A stretch of DNA of 24,000 nt, taken from contig JAGGZO010000073.1 of the NCBI GenBank assembly GCA_021161995.1, positions 1 to 24,000 of the forward strand, written 5' to 3'. The translations under genes and the position numbers were made by a program. Within the stretch, counting starts at the first letter, position 1, and each line of letters opens with the position of its first letter. Source of the DNA: Candidatus Aenigmatarchaeota archaeon (GTDB lineage Archaea > Aenigmatarchaeota > Aenigmatarchaeia > CG10238-14 > SpSt-28). Under the pieces are notes generated by a model that ran no database searches, had not been told where the DNA came from, and saw nothing but the letters and a program-made list of their open reading frames with translations. Of the stretch, positions 7,191 through 15,054 are shown one piece after another.

Positions 7191-7877
7191 GTGTCTTGTA
7201 GAACAGATAAAGAATCAAAGGAAGTGGATTGCTACATAAAGAACTGGTTATCAGTAATTTTTATCTATAAAATCCTTCAAAAAGGCGATATAATAACAGC
7301 TAAAACCATTAGGAACGTCTTTGTGTGGAAAAATGGTAAAAAAGTTAAGGTTGGTAGGAAAGAGGGTATTGTGGACTTAAAAATAGAAAAGATTACTTTA
7401 GATTCTATGAAAAAAGCTATACGTGTTAAAGGTGTTATTGTAGACGGACCGGAAGATTTTGAGAGGGGATATCATAGCATAGATGTCAAGATTGGAGATA
7501 GGATAAAAATTAAGAAGAAGGAGTGGAGTAACAGAATAGAGAAACTTTCAAGATTGTTTTCTGATAGAAATATTACAACTAACTATTCTGAATATTTGAG
7601 CAAGTTTTTTGAGCATTTCAATAAGGATGATGGCTTAGTTGCTTATGGAGGCGATGTAAAAGAAGTTGTTGCCTATGGCATAGTAAAATTTCTGATTGTA
7701 CCGGATGACGTACTTTTTGATGAAAGCATCATAGAATTAGTTAGCGAAGCCCTATCAAAAGGCAGTAAAATCGTGCTTGTTGATGTTAATAGTGAAGAAG
7801 GTAGAAAATTCAAGAAAAATTTTGGTTTAGCTGCTCTCCTTAGATTTAGCTACAAGACTAGCTATATATCCAGCTAG
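7191..7877 (+). CDS. Pelota/Dom34-like mRNA surveillance protein, shortened; the central domain is apparently absent
   Basis: 228 aa with a GTG start, which is the first in-frame start after stop 7170-7172. The N-domain-like part reads QKGDIITAKTIR...IRVKGVIVDGPEDFERGYHSIDVKIGDRIKIKKKEW. The eRF1-domain-3-like C-terminus reads GLVAYGGDVKEVVAYGIVKFLIV...GSKIVLVDVNSEEGRKFKKNFGLAALLRF. Confidence 0.55.
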   Translation: MSCRTDKESKEVDCYIKNWLSVIFIYKILQKGDIITAKTIRNVFVWKNGKKVKVGRKEGIVDLKIEKITLDSMKKAIRVKGVIVDGPEDFERGYHSIDVKIGDRIKIKKKEWSNRIEKLSRLFSDRNITTNYSEYLSKFFEHFNKDDGLVAYGGDVKEVVAYGIVKFLIVPDDVLFDESIIELVSEALSKGSKIVLVDVNSEEGRKFKKNFGLAALLRFSYKTSYISS

Positions 7878-8024
7878 TATATTTCTTAGCTTTTTTGATC
7901 TTATTCTAAGTATTTGTTTTAAAGTCTCCTTGTTTTTGCTAAAGTCATCAGTAAACTTATCTCCATATTTTTCTACCAAATTCTTTGCCATTTTTTTGGT
8001 CATTAGGGTTCTTACTCTTCCCAT
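7827..8024 (-). CDS. rps17e: 30S ribosomal protein eS17 (S17e)
   Basis: MGRVRTLMTKKMAKNLVEKYGDKFTDDFSKNKE...SKKLRNILAGYI matches the eS17 signature (MGxVRT...FTxDFxxNK...LRNxIAGY). The track ORF begins at 8072, but AGGTGAT (SD) sits just before the tandem ATG ATG at 8027/8024, so I take the shorter start. Confidence 0.85.
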   Translation of the reverse strand: MGRVRTLMTKKMAKNLVEKYGDKFTDDFSKNKETLKQILRIRSKKLRNILAGYIASLVAKSKESS

Positions 8025-8114
8025 CATATCACCTAAAAATAATTTGGCATAAAAAATATATTGATAATCCAATAGTAACAGCTTTTAAAAGCATTTTGGC
8101 AAATATCATTTTTT

Positions 8115-9290
8115 ATGAACAATCTAATGATAACTAAAAGGAGAAAAGAAGAACCGCTAGTTGAGATAGTAGAAAGAAAAGGAATTGGACACCCAGATAC
8201 AATCTCAGATAACATAGTAGAGAAAATCTCAGTTAATCTAGCAAATCTTTATCTGAAAGAGGTAGGTCAGATATTACATTACAATATAGACAAAGCCTTT
8301 TTGATAGCTGGTGAATCACAAACAAAGTTTGGTGGTGGTAAACTAGTAAAGCCAATGAAATTCGTCATTGGGGATAGAGCTACTATGGTAGTTGGTGACA
8401 AAGAGATACCCGTTAATGAGTTAGTCGAAAAAACTGTTATCGATTGGTTTAAAGAAAACATGAGATTCGTAGATAAAGATCATGTTATAATTCAGAATGA
8501 AATAAAAAGAGGCTCACAATCTTTAACAACCATATTCAAAGGAGAGAAGCAAAAATTCATGCCTGCAAACGATACTAGTGCTTTAGTCGGTTTTGCACCT
8601 TTAACAAAGCTGGAAGATGCTGTGTACAAAATAGAGAGATTCATAAATTCTCCTGATTTTAAAAAGAGGCATCCAGAGAGTGGTGAGGATGTTAAGGTAA
8701 TGGGTCTTAGAATGAAAGACCATTATAGATTTACTATTGCAATAGCTTTCGTTGACAGGTTCATTGAAAATGAGACAAACTATTTCAGGAAGAAGGATGA
8801 AGTTTTTGAAGAAATCAAAAACTATGTGAACAACGATTTAGGAATAGATGCTGAAATACTCGTTAACACACTAGACACAAAAGGTTTAGGTGAAGATGGT
8901 TGTTATCTTACTGTTTTAGGTACTAGTGCCGATAGCGGAGATAGCGGCGAAGTTGGTAGAGGAAATAGGGCAAACGGTTTAATTTCATTGAATAGACCTG
9001 CCGGTAGTGAAGCAGCTGCTGGTAAAAACATGGTTAGTCATGTTGGTAAGATATACAATTTGTTAGCGTTCAAGATAGCAAGGGAAATTCATGCTGAAAC
9101 TGGTAAGGAAAACTATGTTTGGTTGCTTAGCCAAATAGGTAAACCGATAAATGAACCAGTTGCTGTTTCAGTTGAGGTAGTTGATCTAGAAGATGAAAGA
9201 CCTATGATAGAAGAGGTTGTTGCCAGAAATTTCGAGAAATTGGATGAGTTCATAAGTGATTTGATAAAAGGTAAGTATACCGTAGCCTAA
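8115..9290 (+). CDS. mat: Archaeal-type S-adenosylmethionine synthetase (MAT)
   Basis: 391 aa. [13 protein letters not shown], the [17 protein letters not shown] loop and the overall length are typical of the archaeal AdoMet synthase family rather than bacterial MetK. Confidence 0.9.
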   Translation: MNNLMITKRRKEEPLVEIVERKGIGHPDTISDNIVEKISVNLANLYLKEVGQILHYNIDKAFLIAGESQTKFGGGKLVKPMKFVIGDRATMVVGDKEIPVNELVEKTVIDWFKENMRFVDKDHVIIQNEIKRGSQSLTTIFKGEKQKFMPANDTSALVGFAPLTKLEDAVYKIERFINSPDFKKRHPESGEDVKVMGLRMKDHYRFTIAIAFVDRFIENETNYFRKKDEVFEEIKNYVNNDLGIDAEILVNTLDTKGLGEDGCYLTVLGTSADSGDSGEVGRGNRANGLISLNRPAGSEAAAGKNMVSHVGKIYNLLAFKIAREIHAETGKENYVWLLSQIGKPINEPVAVSVEVVDLEDERPMIEEVVARNFEKLDEFISDLIKGKYTVA

Positions 9291-9350
9291 ACTCTTTATT
9301 TTTTGTTTATTTATTCGACTATTTCTTATCTGATTAGTATAAGAAAGTAG

Positions 9351-10062
9351 TGGGGCGGGTGGGATTTGAACCCACGACCTACCGGTCTTCAGCTTCGGCT
9401 GGGAAGAGACCTAATATACTCTTTGCTATTTTATATTTATAACTATTTGAAAATCCTATAGTATTCATCCATTTCTTGAGATTTTCTCTTCCATATAAAG
9501 CCAGTTTAAAACTGGCTGTATTAGATTTTTTACTAAAGCTTTTCCTTACTTTACCAGTTCTAAATCCTAGTTTTATTAAAATGTCTCTTATTTGATCGAG
9601 AAGCTTTCTACTAGAACTTGTAAATTCTAGTGTTGGATAATTTTTTACTCCTTTTTTGTCTGAAGTGAATATAGATCCATCTGTATCCATTATGCCTCTT
9701 ATTACTTGTTTAGCTATCTCAATATCCTCGAGTGCAACCTTTGGTAATGCGACTTTCAAATGTTTGCCAAAACCTATTGGTATTCCAGTCGATGAAATCA
9801 TTTGAAAGAAATGTTTTGATGTTATTCTTAATCTTATTGCATTTTCCCTCTTTCTAACTTTGACAAATACACCAAACTGTTTTTCTATGTTTTCCTTTAG
9901 ATATTTAAAATATTCTTCATCTTTTTCTTGGTGACCTGTTAGTTCCACTCTATAATGAGAATTTTTCGAGTATAGATTACCGTCTCCTATTATAGCCCCA
10001 ACAAGTTCCCAGAAGAATGGTCTCTTCCCATCGGCCGCTCTCCCGGACTGAGCCACCGCCCC
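9351..10062 (-). tRNA. tRNA-Phe(GAA) gene with a 638-nt intron between positions 30 and 31
   Basis: The 5' exon is 10062..10032: GGGGCGG TG GCTC AGTCCGGGA GAGC G GCCG. The 3' exon is 9393..9351: G CTGAAGA CCGGT AGGTC GTGGG TTCAAAT CCCAC CCGCCCC A. Joined, they give a perfect 74-nt cloverleaf with a 7-bp acceptor stem, all stems paired and anticodon loop CUGAAGA. Confidence 0.85.
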
Positions 10063-10083
10063 ACTAATTGTTATTTTTAGCAT
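9379..10083 (-). CDS. Double-motif LAGLIDADG homing endonuclease, intron-encoded; the true start codon is unresolved
   Basis: The ORF is 234 aa. Motif 1 is WELVGAIIGDGNL and motif 2, about 100 aa later, is IRGIMDTDGSIF, the spacing of monomeric I-DmoI-like enzymes. The ORF as drawn starts 21 nt upstream of the tRNA, reads through the 5' exon, and ends at a TAG inside the 3' exon. The biologically used start is unclear. Confidence 0.75.
   Translation of the reverse strand: MLKITISGAVAQSGRAADGKRPFFWELVGAIIGDGNLYSKNSHYRVELTGHQEKDEEYFKYLKENIEKQFGVFVKVRKRENAIRLRITSKHFFQMISSTGIPIGFGKHLKVALPKVALEDIEIAKQVIRGIMDTDGSIFTSDKKGVKNYPTLEFTSSSRKLLDQIRDILIKLGFRTGKVRKSFSKKSNTASFKLALYGRENLKKWMNTIGFSNSYKYKIAKSILGLFPAEAEDR
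9394..10031 (-). mobile_element. Archaeal bulge-helix-bulge (BHB) intron carrying a LAGLIDADG homing endonuclease gene
   Basis: Hand-folded BHB. A 4-bp helix pairs CGGC (10037..10034) with GCCG (9399..9396). It is flanked by 3-nt bulges CG|A (10033..10031) and AA|G (9395..9393). It is closed by a perfect 12-bp helix, TGGGAAGAGACC (10030..10019) with GGTCTCTTCCCA (9411..9400). Cleavage after the second bulge nucleotide gives exactly the exon ends needed for the tRNA-Phe cloverleaf. Confidence 0.8.
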
Positions 10084-10102
10084 TTAATCATTTATAAAGT
10101 TT

Positions 10103-11209
10103 TCATGGTAGGAAATCCTCTTCTTTCAACTTCTGAGGTAAATACTTCTCTGACAAGAATTTCAATCCCTTTGATGCCAATGCCTCGATTTCGGCTTTTC
10201 TCTTCGTTTTCAGGAACTTCTTTATTTCTTTTTGCCATTTTGGATGCTTGAACCATTCATAGTTCATTAATTCCTTAGCTCTTTTTAGGTCAAACTCTTT
10301 TGCTTTGATCGTCCAGTTTTGTAGCTTATATCTTTCTATATCAGTCATCGATACACCAATAAATTTAGCCTCAGGCGTACCAAGTCTGTCGGAAACGTGG
10401 GCCAAGTTAATTGAACCATATTTGATTACTGAATATATGTACCAACCGTATGGGTCAGCATCAGTCAACACATAAACAGGTAGACCTAACTCTTGATTCA
10501 ACCTTTGTATAAATCTTCTCGCACCTCTTGCTGCCTGGCCTTTTGTACCAATTAGTATAGCATTCCATTTCTTCCAGAACATATGTGCATTAAGTCTTTC
10601 CCATGCAGCGTTCTTCTCTATGACTATAACCTTGTCAGCATTTACTTTTTTGAACTCTATGTGTTCTACGTTACTTGGAATTGCCCAGCCACCTAAACCT
10701 AATTTTGAAAGATTTATCTCATGTCCGAACAGCGAATCTTTTATGACAATGTTACCAACAACATTACCTTTTGGATCAGCACCTATATTCAATCTCTCCC
10801 TTATAACATCAAGTATAAGTTCAACATCCACTAAAGCAGCATCTGACTCTCTCTGTTCATCGAATGTGTTTTCTTTAGAATTTGGTAAAGTTCTTTTGAG
10901 ACTGTAAAACATTTCTCTCAGGCTGACTCTTTCATCCTCTTCTAGCAATGTCTTACAAAATGATAACACGAGCAAAGTTTGCATGAATCTTTTGGAGTGA
11001 GCAACATTTAGGAAATATCTCTTGGCAATCTTTTCACCGAGTATCAACTTCTTGTTTTCTTTATCAAAAACGATGTTTGAAAGTCTTCTTATAGGAATTT
11101 CTAAATATATACCTTCACCCTTTTCTATTTTCTTGAGTAGTTTCAATCCAATTTCTTTAATCTTCTTTAATGAAACTTCTTCATATTTTATTTTCTTTTT
11201 TGCACTCAT
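10103..11209 (-). CDS. top6A: DNA topoisomerase VI subunit A (Spo11 homologue)
   Basis: 368 aa. It has the Toprim region VYVLTDADPYGWYIYSVIKYGS and an N-terminal winged-helix region. Its start overlaps the top6B stop by 4 bp. Confidence 0.9.
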   Translation of the reverse strand: MSAKKKIKYEEVSLKKIKEIGLKLLKKIEKGEGIYLEIPIRRLSNIVFDKENKKLILGEKIAKRYFLNVAHSKRFMQTLLVLSFCKTLLEEDERVSLREMFYSLKRTLPNSKENTFDEQRESDAALVDVELILDVIRERLNIGADPKGNVVGNIVIKDSLFGHEINLSKLGLGGWAIPSNVEHIEFKKVNADKVIVIEKNAAWERLNAHMFWKKWNAILIGTKGQAARGARRFIQRLNQELGLPVYVLTDADPYGWYIYSVIKYGSINLAHVSDRLGTPEAKFIGVSMTDIERYKLQNWTIKAKEFDLKRAKELMNYEWFKHPKWQKEIKKFLKTKRKAEIEALASKGLKFLSEKYLPQKLKEEDFLP

Positions 11210-12834
11210 TCTTCCTCACCTTTTGTTTTATTGTTAATTTCAACAAATTTTTTGTTCAATAAATTCTCAATCATTTTTTTGATTTGATCTTCTTTTTTGT
11301 CAGTTATTTTTGCAATGCTGCTAACAACTTCAGGTAAATATCTTTCGAATATTTGTCTTTTTCGTTTCTTTTCAATTTCCCTCCTCTTTTTGTTCATGAA
11401 TACTTTCAAATTTCTTCCAAGTTCTTGCAATGCAAGCTTTATTTCTTTTAATATCTCAGGATATTGCGCTATAGCTTCTTTTCCTTCACTCTTATATGGA
11501 ATCCAAACAGATAGAAAATCTACAAGAATTATCATTGGCGCTTGCGGTATAGAACCTTCGGATTGTGAAACACCGTAAGACCTCCAGTTTGTTTCTGATA
11601 CAGCTTTTGTGATTACACAATCTGATTGATTATACAGCAAAGGTGTGTGGTTTGCTAATCTTATAAGTTTGGCTGAACTTACTCCCAATTCATCACCATA
11701 AACAATGGCAGCTTCTACTTGGAATGGATAACCTCTGTATACCGTCGGCTTTCTTATCACAGCATGAAAGAATTCAGCGTTTGGGTATTCCCTTTTCAAT
11801 GCTTCTATGAGGTAATTTGGGTTTATTGGAGAAAGACAATCCATTGGAGGAGATAGTAGTTTAACCATTGTCATAGCTTTATGTAGTTTTTCTATTTGAT
11901 TGTGTACAAGCTTATGTGGATCAGTTTTAGGATCTATTTTTGCTAGCTTGCAAATTTTCAGTGCACTATCTCTTCCAACCCTAGAAAATTCATTCATCAA
12001 AAAGTTTAGAACCGTTGTAGATTTTGTCATTTTCAGCATTCTTTTTAATCTACCGAGCTCCACACCATATGGATGTGGTTTTATTTCTCTTGGTAGCTTT
12101 GGTAGTTTTGGCATTACTCTTTTGAATTTTAACACTCCATTTGGACCATCAAAAGTTATAGTAACATAAGGATTTGCTATGGAAATCAGTTTTAGATATT
12201 CTGGGATCGATTGCCTTTTTTCTATGTATCTACCTTCAACAATTACCTCTATCTTTGTTCCATGCCACTTTTTAGGATTTTCTCTGACTTCATGCTTTAG
12301 TATTATTGGTTCGTTTTTTAGGACATCTATCATCAACTCAAAATAATGTATTTTATCGTTTCCGGTACTCGTTTCTACTTTAGCTGATTTACCTGTTGTG
12401 AGTTGCGCATACAATATGGCACCTTTTGCACCTATGCCTTGCGTGCCTATACTTTGTCTTAATCTATAGAACTTAGAACCCACAAGGAATTTAGCAAATG
12501 CGATCGGAACTTTTTTTGGATGAATACCAGGACCATTGTCTTCTACTTTAACTCTGTATCTATTTTCGCTAACTTGTTTCACCAAAACTTTTATCGTCGG
12601 TAGTATTCTAGCTTCTAAGCATGCGTCTATAGAGTTATCTACAAATTCTTTCACTACTGTAAACAAGGACTTAACAGGATTTTCATAGCCTAATAAGTGT
12701 CTATTCTTTTCAAAGAATTCAGCAATACTAACTTCCCTAATTTTTTCTGCTAATTCTTCGCCAGTTAAAATCCTTCCTTCTATGTTGTCCATACCTAAAC
12801 CATTCTCATTTATATTAATAAAATTTACATCCAA
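11206..12834 (-). CDS. top6B: DNA topoisomerase VI subunit B (GHKL ATPase)
   Basis: 542 aa. Bergerat-fold motifs are EFVDNSIDA, DNGPGI and GTQGIGAKGA. It lies directly upstream of top6A. Confidence 0.9.
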   Translation of the reverse strand: MDVNFININENGLGMDNIEGRILTGEELAEKIREVSIAEFFEKNRHLLGYENPVKSLFTVVKEFVDNSIDACLEARILPTIKVLVKQVSENRYRVKVEDNGPGIHPKKVPIAFAKFLVGSKFYRLRQSIGTQGIGAKGAILYAQLTTGKSAKVETSTGNDKIHYFELMIDVLKNEPIILKHEVRENPKKWHGTKIEVIVEGRYIEKRQSIPEYLKLISIANPYVTITFDGPNGVLKFKRVMPKLPKLPREIKPHPYGVELGRLKRMLKMTKSTTVLNFLMNEFSRVGRDSALKICKLAKIDPKTDPHKLVHNQIEKLHKAMTMVKLLSPPMDCLSPINPNYLIEALKREYPNAEFFHAVIRKPTVYRGYPFQVEAAIVYGDELGVSSAKLIRLANHTPLLYNQSDCVITKAVSETNWRSYGVSQSEGSIPQAPMIILVDFLSVWIPYKSEGKEAIAQYPEILKEIKLALQELGRNLKVFMNKKRREIEKKRKRQIFERYLPEVVSSIAKITDKKEDQIKKMIENLLNKKFVEINNKTKGEEE

Positions 12835-13361
12835 AACATAGCTCTTTTAGATTTTTCTATTTCTAGAAATCTCATTACACTTGTGTGCATCCTACCTTCT
12901 AGTAACATTTCAACAGCCCTTCTTGCTATTTGAACATCTTCTAGTTTACCTATTATTGAAATTGTTTTACCGTATACAGAGATTTTTGTGTGTGTCATGT
13001 CTTCAATCATTTTCTTTGACTTACCTTTTTCACCTATTACTCTACCTTTTAGCTCTATCTGTCTATTTCTGGAGTTTGCATAATCTTTGACGTTTATTAT
13101 ATCAAGAACATAATCGTCATCTAGCAATAATAGTGCAGTCTCCGGATCAAAGCCCCTACCAAAAGCAACAATTATTTGTTCTGCTTTCATCAACTTCAGG
13201 CCATCATCACCTTCTATTGATATGCCATCTTCTTTACTTATACCGATTTTTACATTAAGCTCTTTTTGAATCTTTTCTATCATTTCTTTGTTTTTTTCTA
13301 ATAACCTAAGCCTCTCTTCTGGTATCTTCACGTATTTTTTAAACATCATACTTATCACCAA
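12825..13361 (-). CDS. KH-domain RNA-binding protein (archaeal Dim2/Pno1-like)
   Basis: 178 aa. The GxxG-type KH signature VIGEKGKSKKMIE is present. It occupies the conserved archaeal position downstream of aIF1A and the Rio kinase. Confidence 0.7.
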   Translation of the reverse strand: MVISMMFKKYVKIPEERLRLLEKNKEMIEKIQKELNVKIGISKEDGISIEGDDGLKLMKAEQIIVAFGRGFDPETALLLLDDDYVLDIINVKDYANSRNRQIELKGRVIGEKGKSKKMIEDMTHTKISVYGKTISIIGKLEDVQIARRAVEMLLEGRMHTSVMRFLEIEKSKRAMFWM

Positions 13362-14061
13362 CTATTTCTTCGTACAAATTCTCCAGAGGTATTATATCTG
13401 TAAATTTCTTGAAAAAACTGTTTAAATTTTTTAAGTCTCTCTTGAGAAAGTCCAGGAATAATGGGTGGTTGTCTCGAACACCTTGGCTAAAATCTATGAA
13501 AAACGGTTTTTTATCATGATAGAGTATATTAAACGCGCTTAGATCACCATGCACAAGTCTATTTTCGAATAATTTTTTGACTTGTTCAATAGACGTTTTG
13601 TATAATTTATCTGGATTCTCTAAATCATCCACTTCTGATAATCTCAGTGCTGGCTTACCATCTTTACCGATAAACTCCATTATTAGTATGTTGTTAAAGA
13701 ATGCTATCGGTTTCGGTGAGAATATTTTTGCTTTTTCATATGCAATCTTCATGTTCCTAAATTCTCTTTTACACCAATTGAATATTACTGATTTTCGATC
13801 TTTTTTTGTACTTAAGAATCTTGGGTCGGCTATCAAGTATTTCCACATACTTTTAAAATCACAATGGAAAATTCTGTATATCTTAATGGCCAGCCAATTT
13901 CCCTCTTTGTCTTTAGCAGAGAACACAACACTTTCTTTACCTTCTTTTACTATAGATTCAAGTATATCAAAATATTGTTTATTAGAGAGTTTCCATAAAC
14001 CAAAAATAGTTATTTCATCGAGTACTTTTCTATAAACCTTAAAATCTTCTTTTTTCATCAA
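13339..14061 (-). CDS. rio1: RIO-type serine/threonine protein kinase
   Basis: 240 aa. Motifs are the KEGKESVVF nucleotide loop, AIKIYR, the catalytic LVHGDLSAFNILY and FIDFSQ. Confidence 0.85.
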   Translation of the reverse strand: MMKKEDFKVYRKVLDEITIFGLWKLSNKQYFDILESIVKEGKESVVFSAKDKEGNWLAIKIYRIFHCDFKSMWKYLIADPRFLSTKKDRKSVIFNWCKREFRNMKIAYEKAKIFSPKPIAFFNNILIMEFIGKDGKPALRLSEVDDLENPDKLYKTSIEQVKKLFENRLVHGDLSAFNILYHDKKPFFIDFSQGVRDNHPLFLDFLKRDLKNLNSFFKKFTDIIPLENLYEEIVGDKYDV

Positions 14062-14381
14062 AAAAGGTAGTAGATTTCTAGATTTTTAATGTGTCCATTC
14101 TTTTTTAGCCAGTTTGCTTGTGTTCTGGTATAAACATGGATAACATCCCCCCTACCCTTTTGATATTTCCATGGTCTAACAAGTATCAAATCACCAACTC
14201 TTATCCACACTCTTTTTCTTAGTCTTCCTGGTATTCTACATAATCTTTCTTCTCCGTCATCACAAATAACTCTCATTTTATCTCCACCAACAAACATTTC
14301 CACTATTCCTAGTATCTCACCTTCTTGTGGAATCCTAACTTTACTAGATTCTTGTTGTTCACCTTTTTTCTTTTTACCCAT
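14058..14381 (-). CDS. eif1a: Translation initiation factor aIF-1A
   Basis: 107 aa with an S1-like OB fold sequence: GEILGIVEMFVGGDKMRVICDDGEERLCRIPGRLRKRVWIRVGDLILVRPW. Confidence 0.9.
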   Translation of the reverse strand: MGKKKKGEQQESSKVRIPQEGEILGIVEMFVGGDKMRVICDDGEERLCRIPGRLRKRVWIRVGDLILVRPWKYQKGRGDVIHVYTRTQANWLKKNGHIKNLEIYYLF

Positions 14382-15054
14382 CTTCCCACCTCTTTCTCAT
14401 CGTTATCGTATCAAGATAAACCCTTTTTCCGTCTTTCAATCCCATCAATCTTCTAGATATCCTTGTTTTAATTTCGATTTTTGACTTTATCAATTTTATT
14501 AGCTCATATGCAACTTTTTTAGATCCTATATACATATCTATACCATCCTTAGTTCTTTCTATTTTCGAAATGAACGACAATGGATCACTTCTATTCCTTT
14601 TCTCTACGTATCTAAAGATTTCATCCATGAGTTCATTATCTGGGTTAAATCTTAGTTGGATTATGGCTTGTCTATACCCACTTAACATCATCTGACAATA
14701 TTGGCATTTGAAAGGTTTTACTCTAATCTTGAATTCTCTTTCGTAAAAAGTTTCATTATCTTTAACCCATTTTACTTTGAGTGTTTCTCCGTTAAACTCA
14801 TAAACCCTCTTGAAATTACTTATTTTTAGTTCTTTGTTATGCCTAACAAAATGACCTATTGCTTCTTCTAATGTTGAAAAAACATGTTTTTTGTTGAATG
14901 AGTACTTTCCACATATTTTACATCTATAAAGCACTATGTAGTTTCTCTTTAGTCTTTCACCAAAAACCTCTTTTACATAACAATCTTTACATAATCCATT
15001 GTAGAATTTTTTCGATTCTTTCCCACATCTTGGGCAAATTTTCTTGAGTGTCAC
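14374..15054 (-). CDS. NMD3-family zinc-ribbon protein (ribosome biogenesis related)
   Basis: 226 aa with a GTG start. The N-terminus has CPRCG...CKDCY...CKICG cysteine pairs like the NMD3 N-domain. It is the first gene of the overlapping minus-strand gene chain. Confidence 0.5.
   Translation of the reverse strand: MTLKKICPRCGKESKKFYNGLCKDCYVKEVFGERLKRNYIVLYRCKICGKYSFNKKHVFSTLEEAIGHFVRHNKELKISNFKRVYEFNGETLKVKWVKDNETFYEREFKIRVKPFKCQYCQMMLSGYRQAIIQLRFNPDNELMDEIFRYVEKRNRSDPLSFISKIERTKDGIDMYIGSKKVAYELIKLIKSKIEIKTRISRRLMGLKDGKRVYLDTITMRKRWEDG

Noticed and set aside
9379-10083. LAGLIDADG domain as an intein, or the interruption as a group I intron
   Set aside because: The host is a tRNA gene, not a protein, so an intein is excluded. 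The exon-intron junctions fold into a precise bulge-helix-bulge motif with a 4-bp central helix and 3-nt bulges, the archaeal splicing-endonuclease substrate. I saw no need to invoke group I P1-P9 elements.
10081-10083. The ATG at 10083 as the genuine start of the homing endonuclease
   Set aside because: It is not accepted as established. It lies upstream of the tRNA 5' end and probably upstream of the transcription start implied by the TTTATAAA box. It has no SD. Using it would require translating tRNA exon sequence. It is kept only as the formal ORF boundary.
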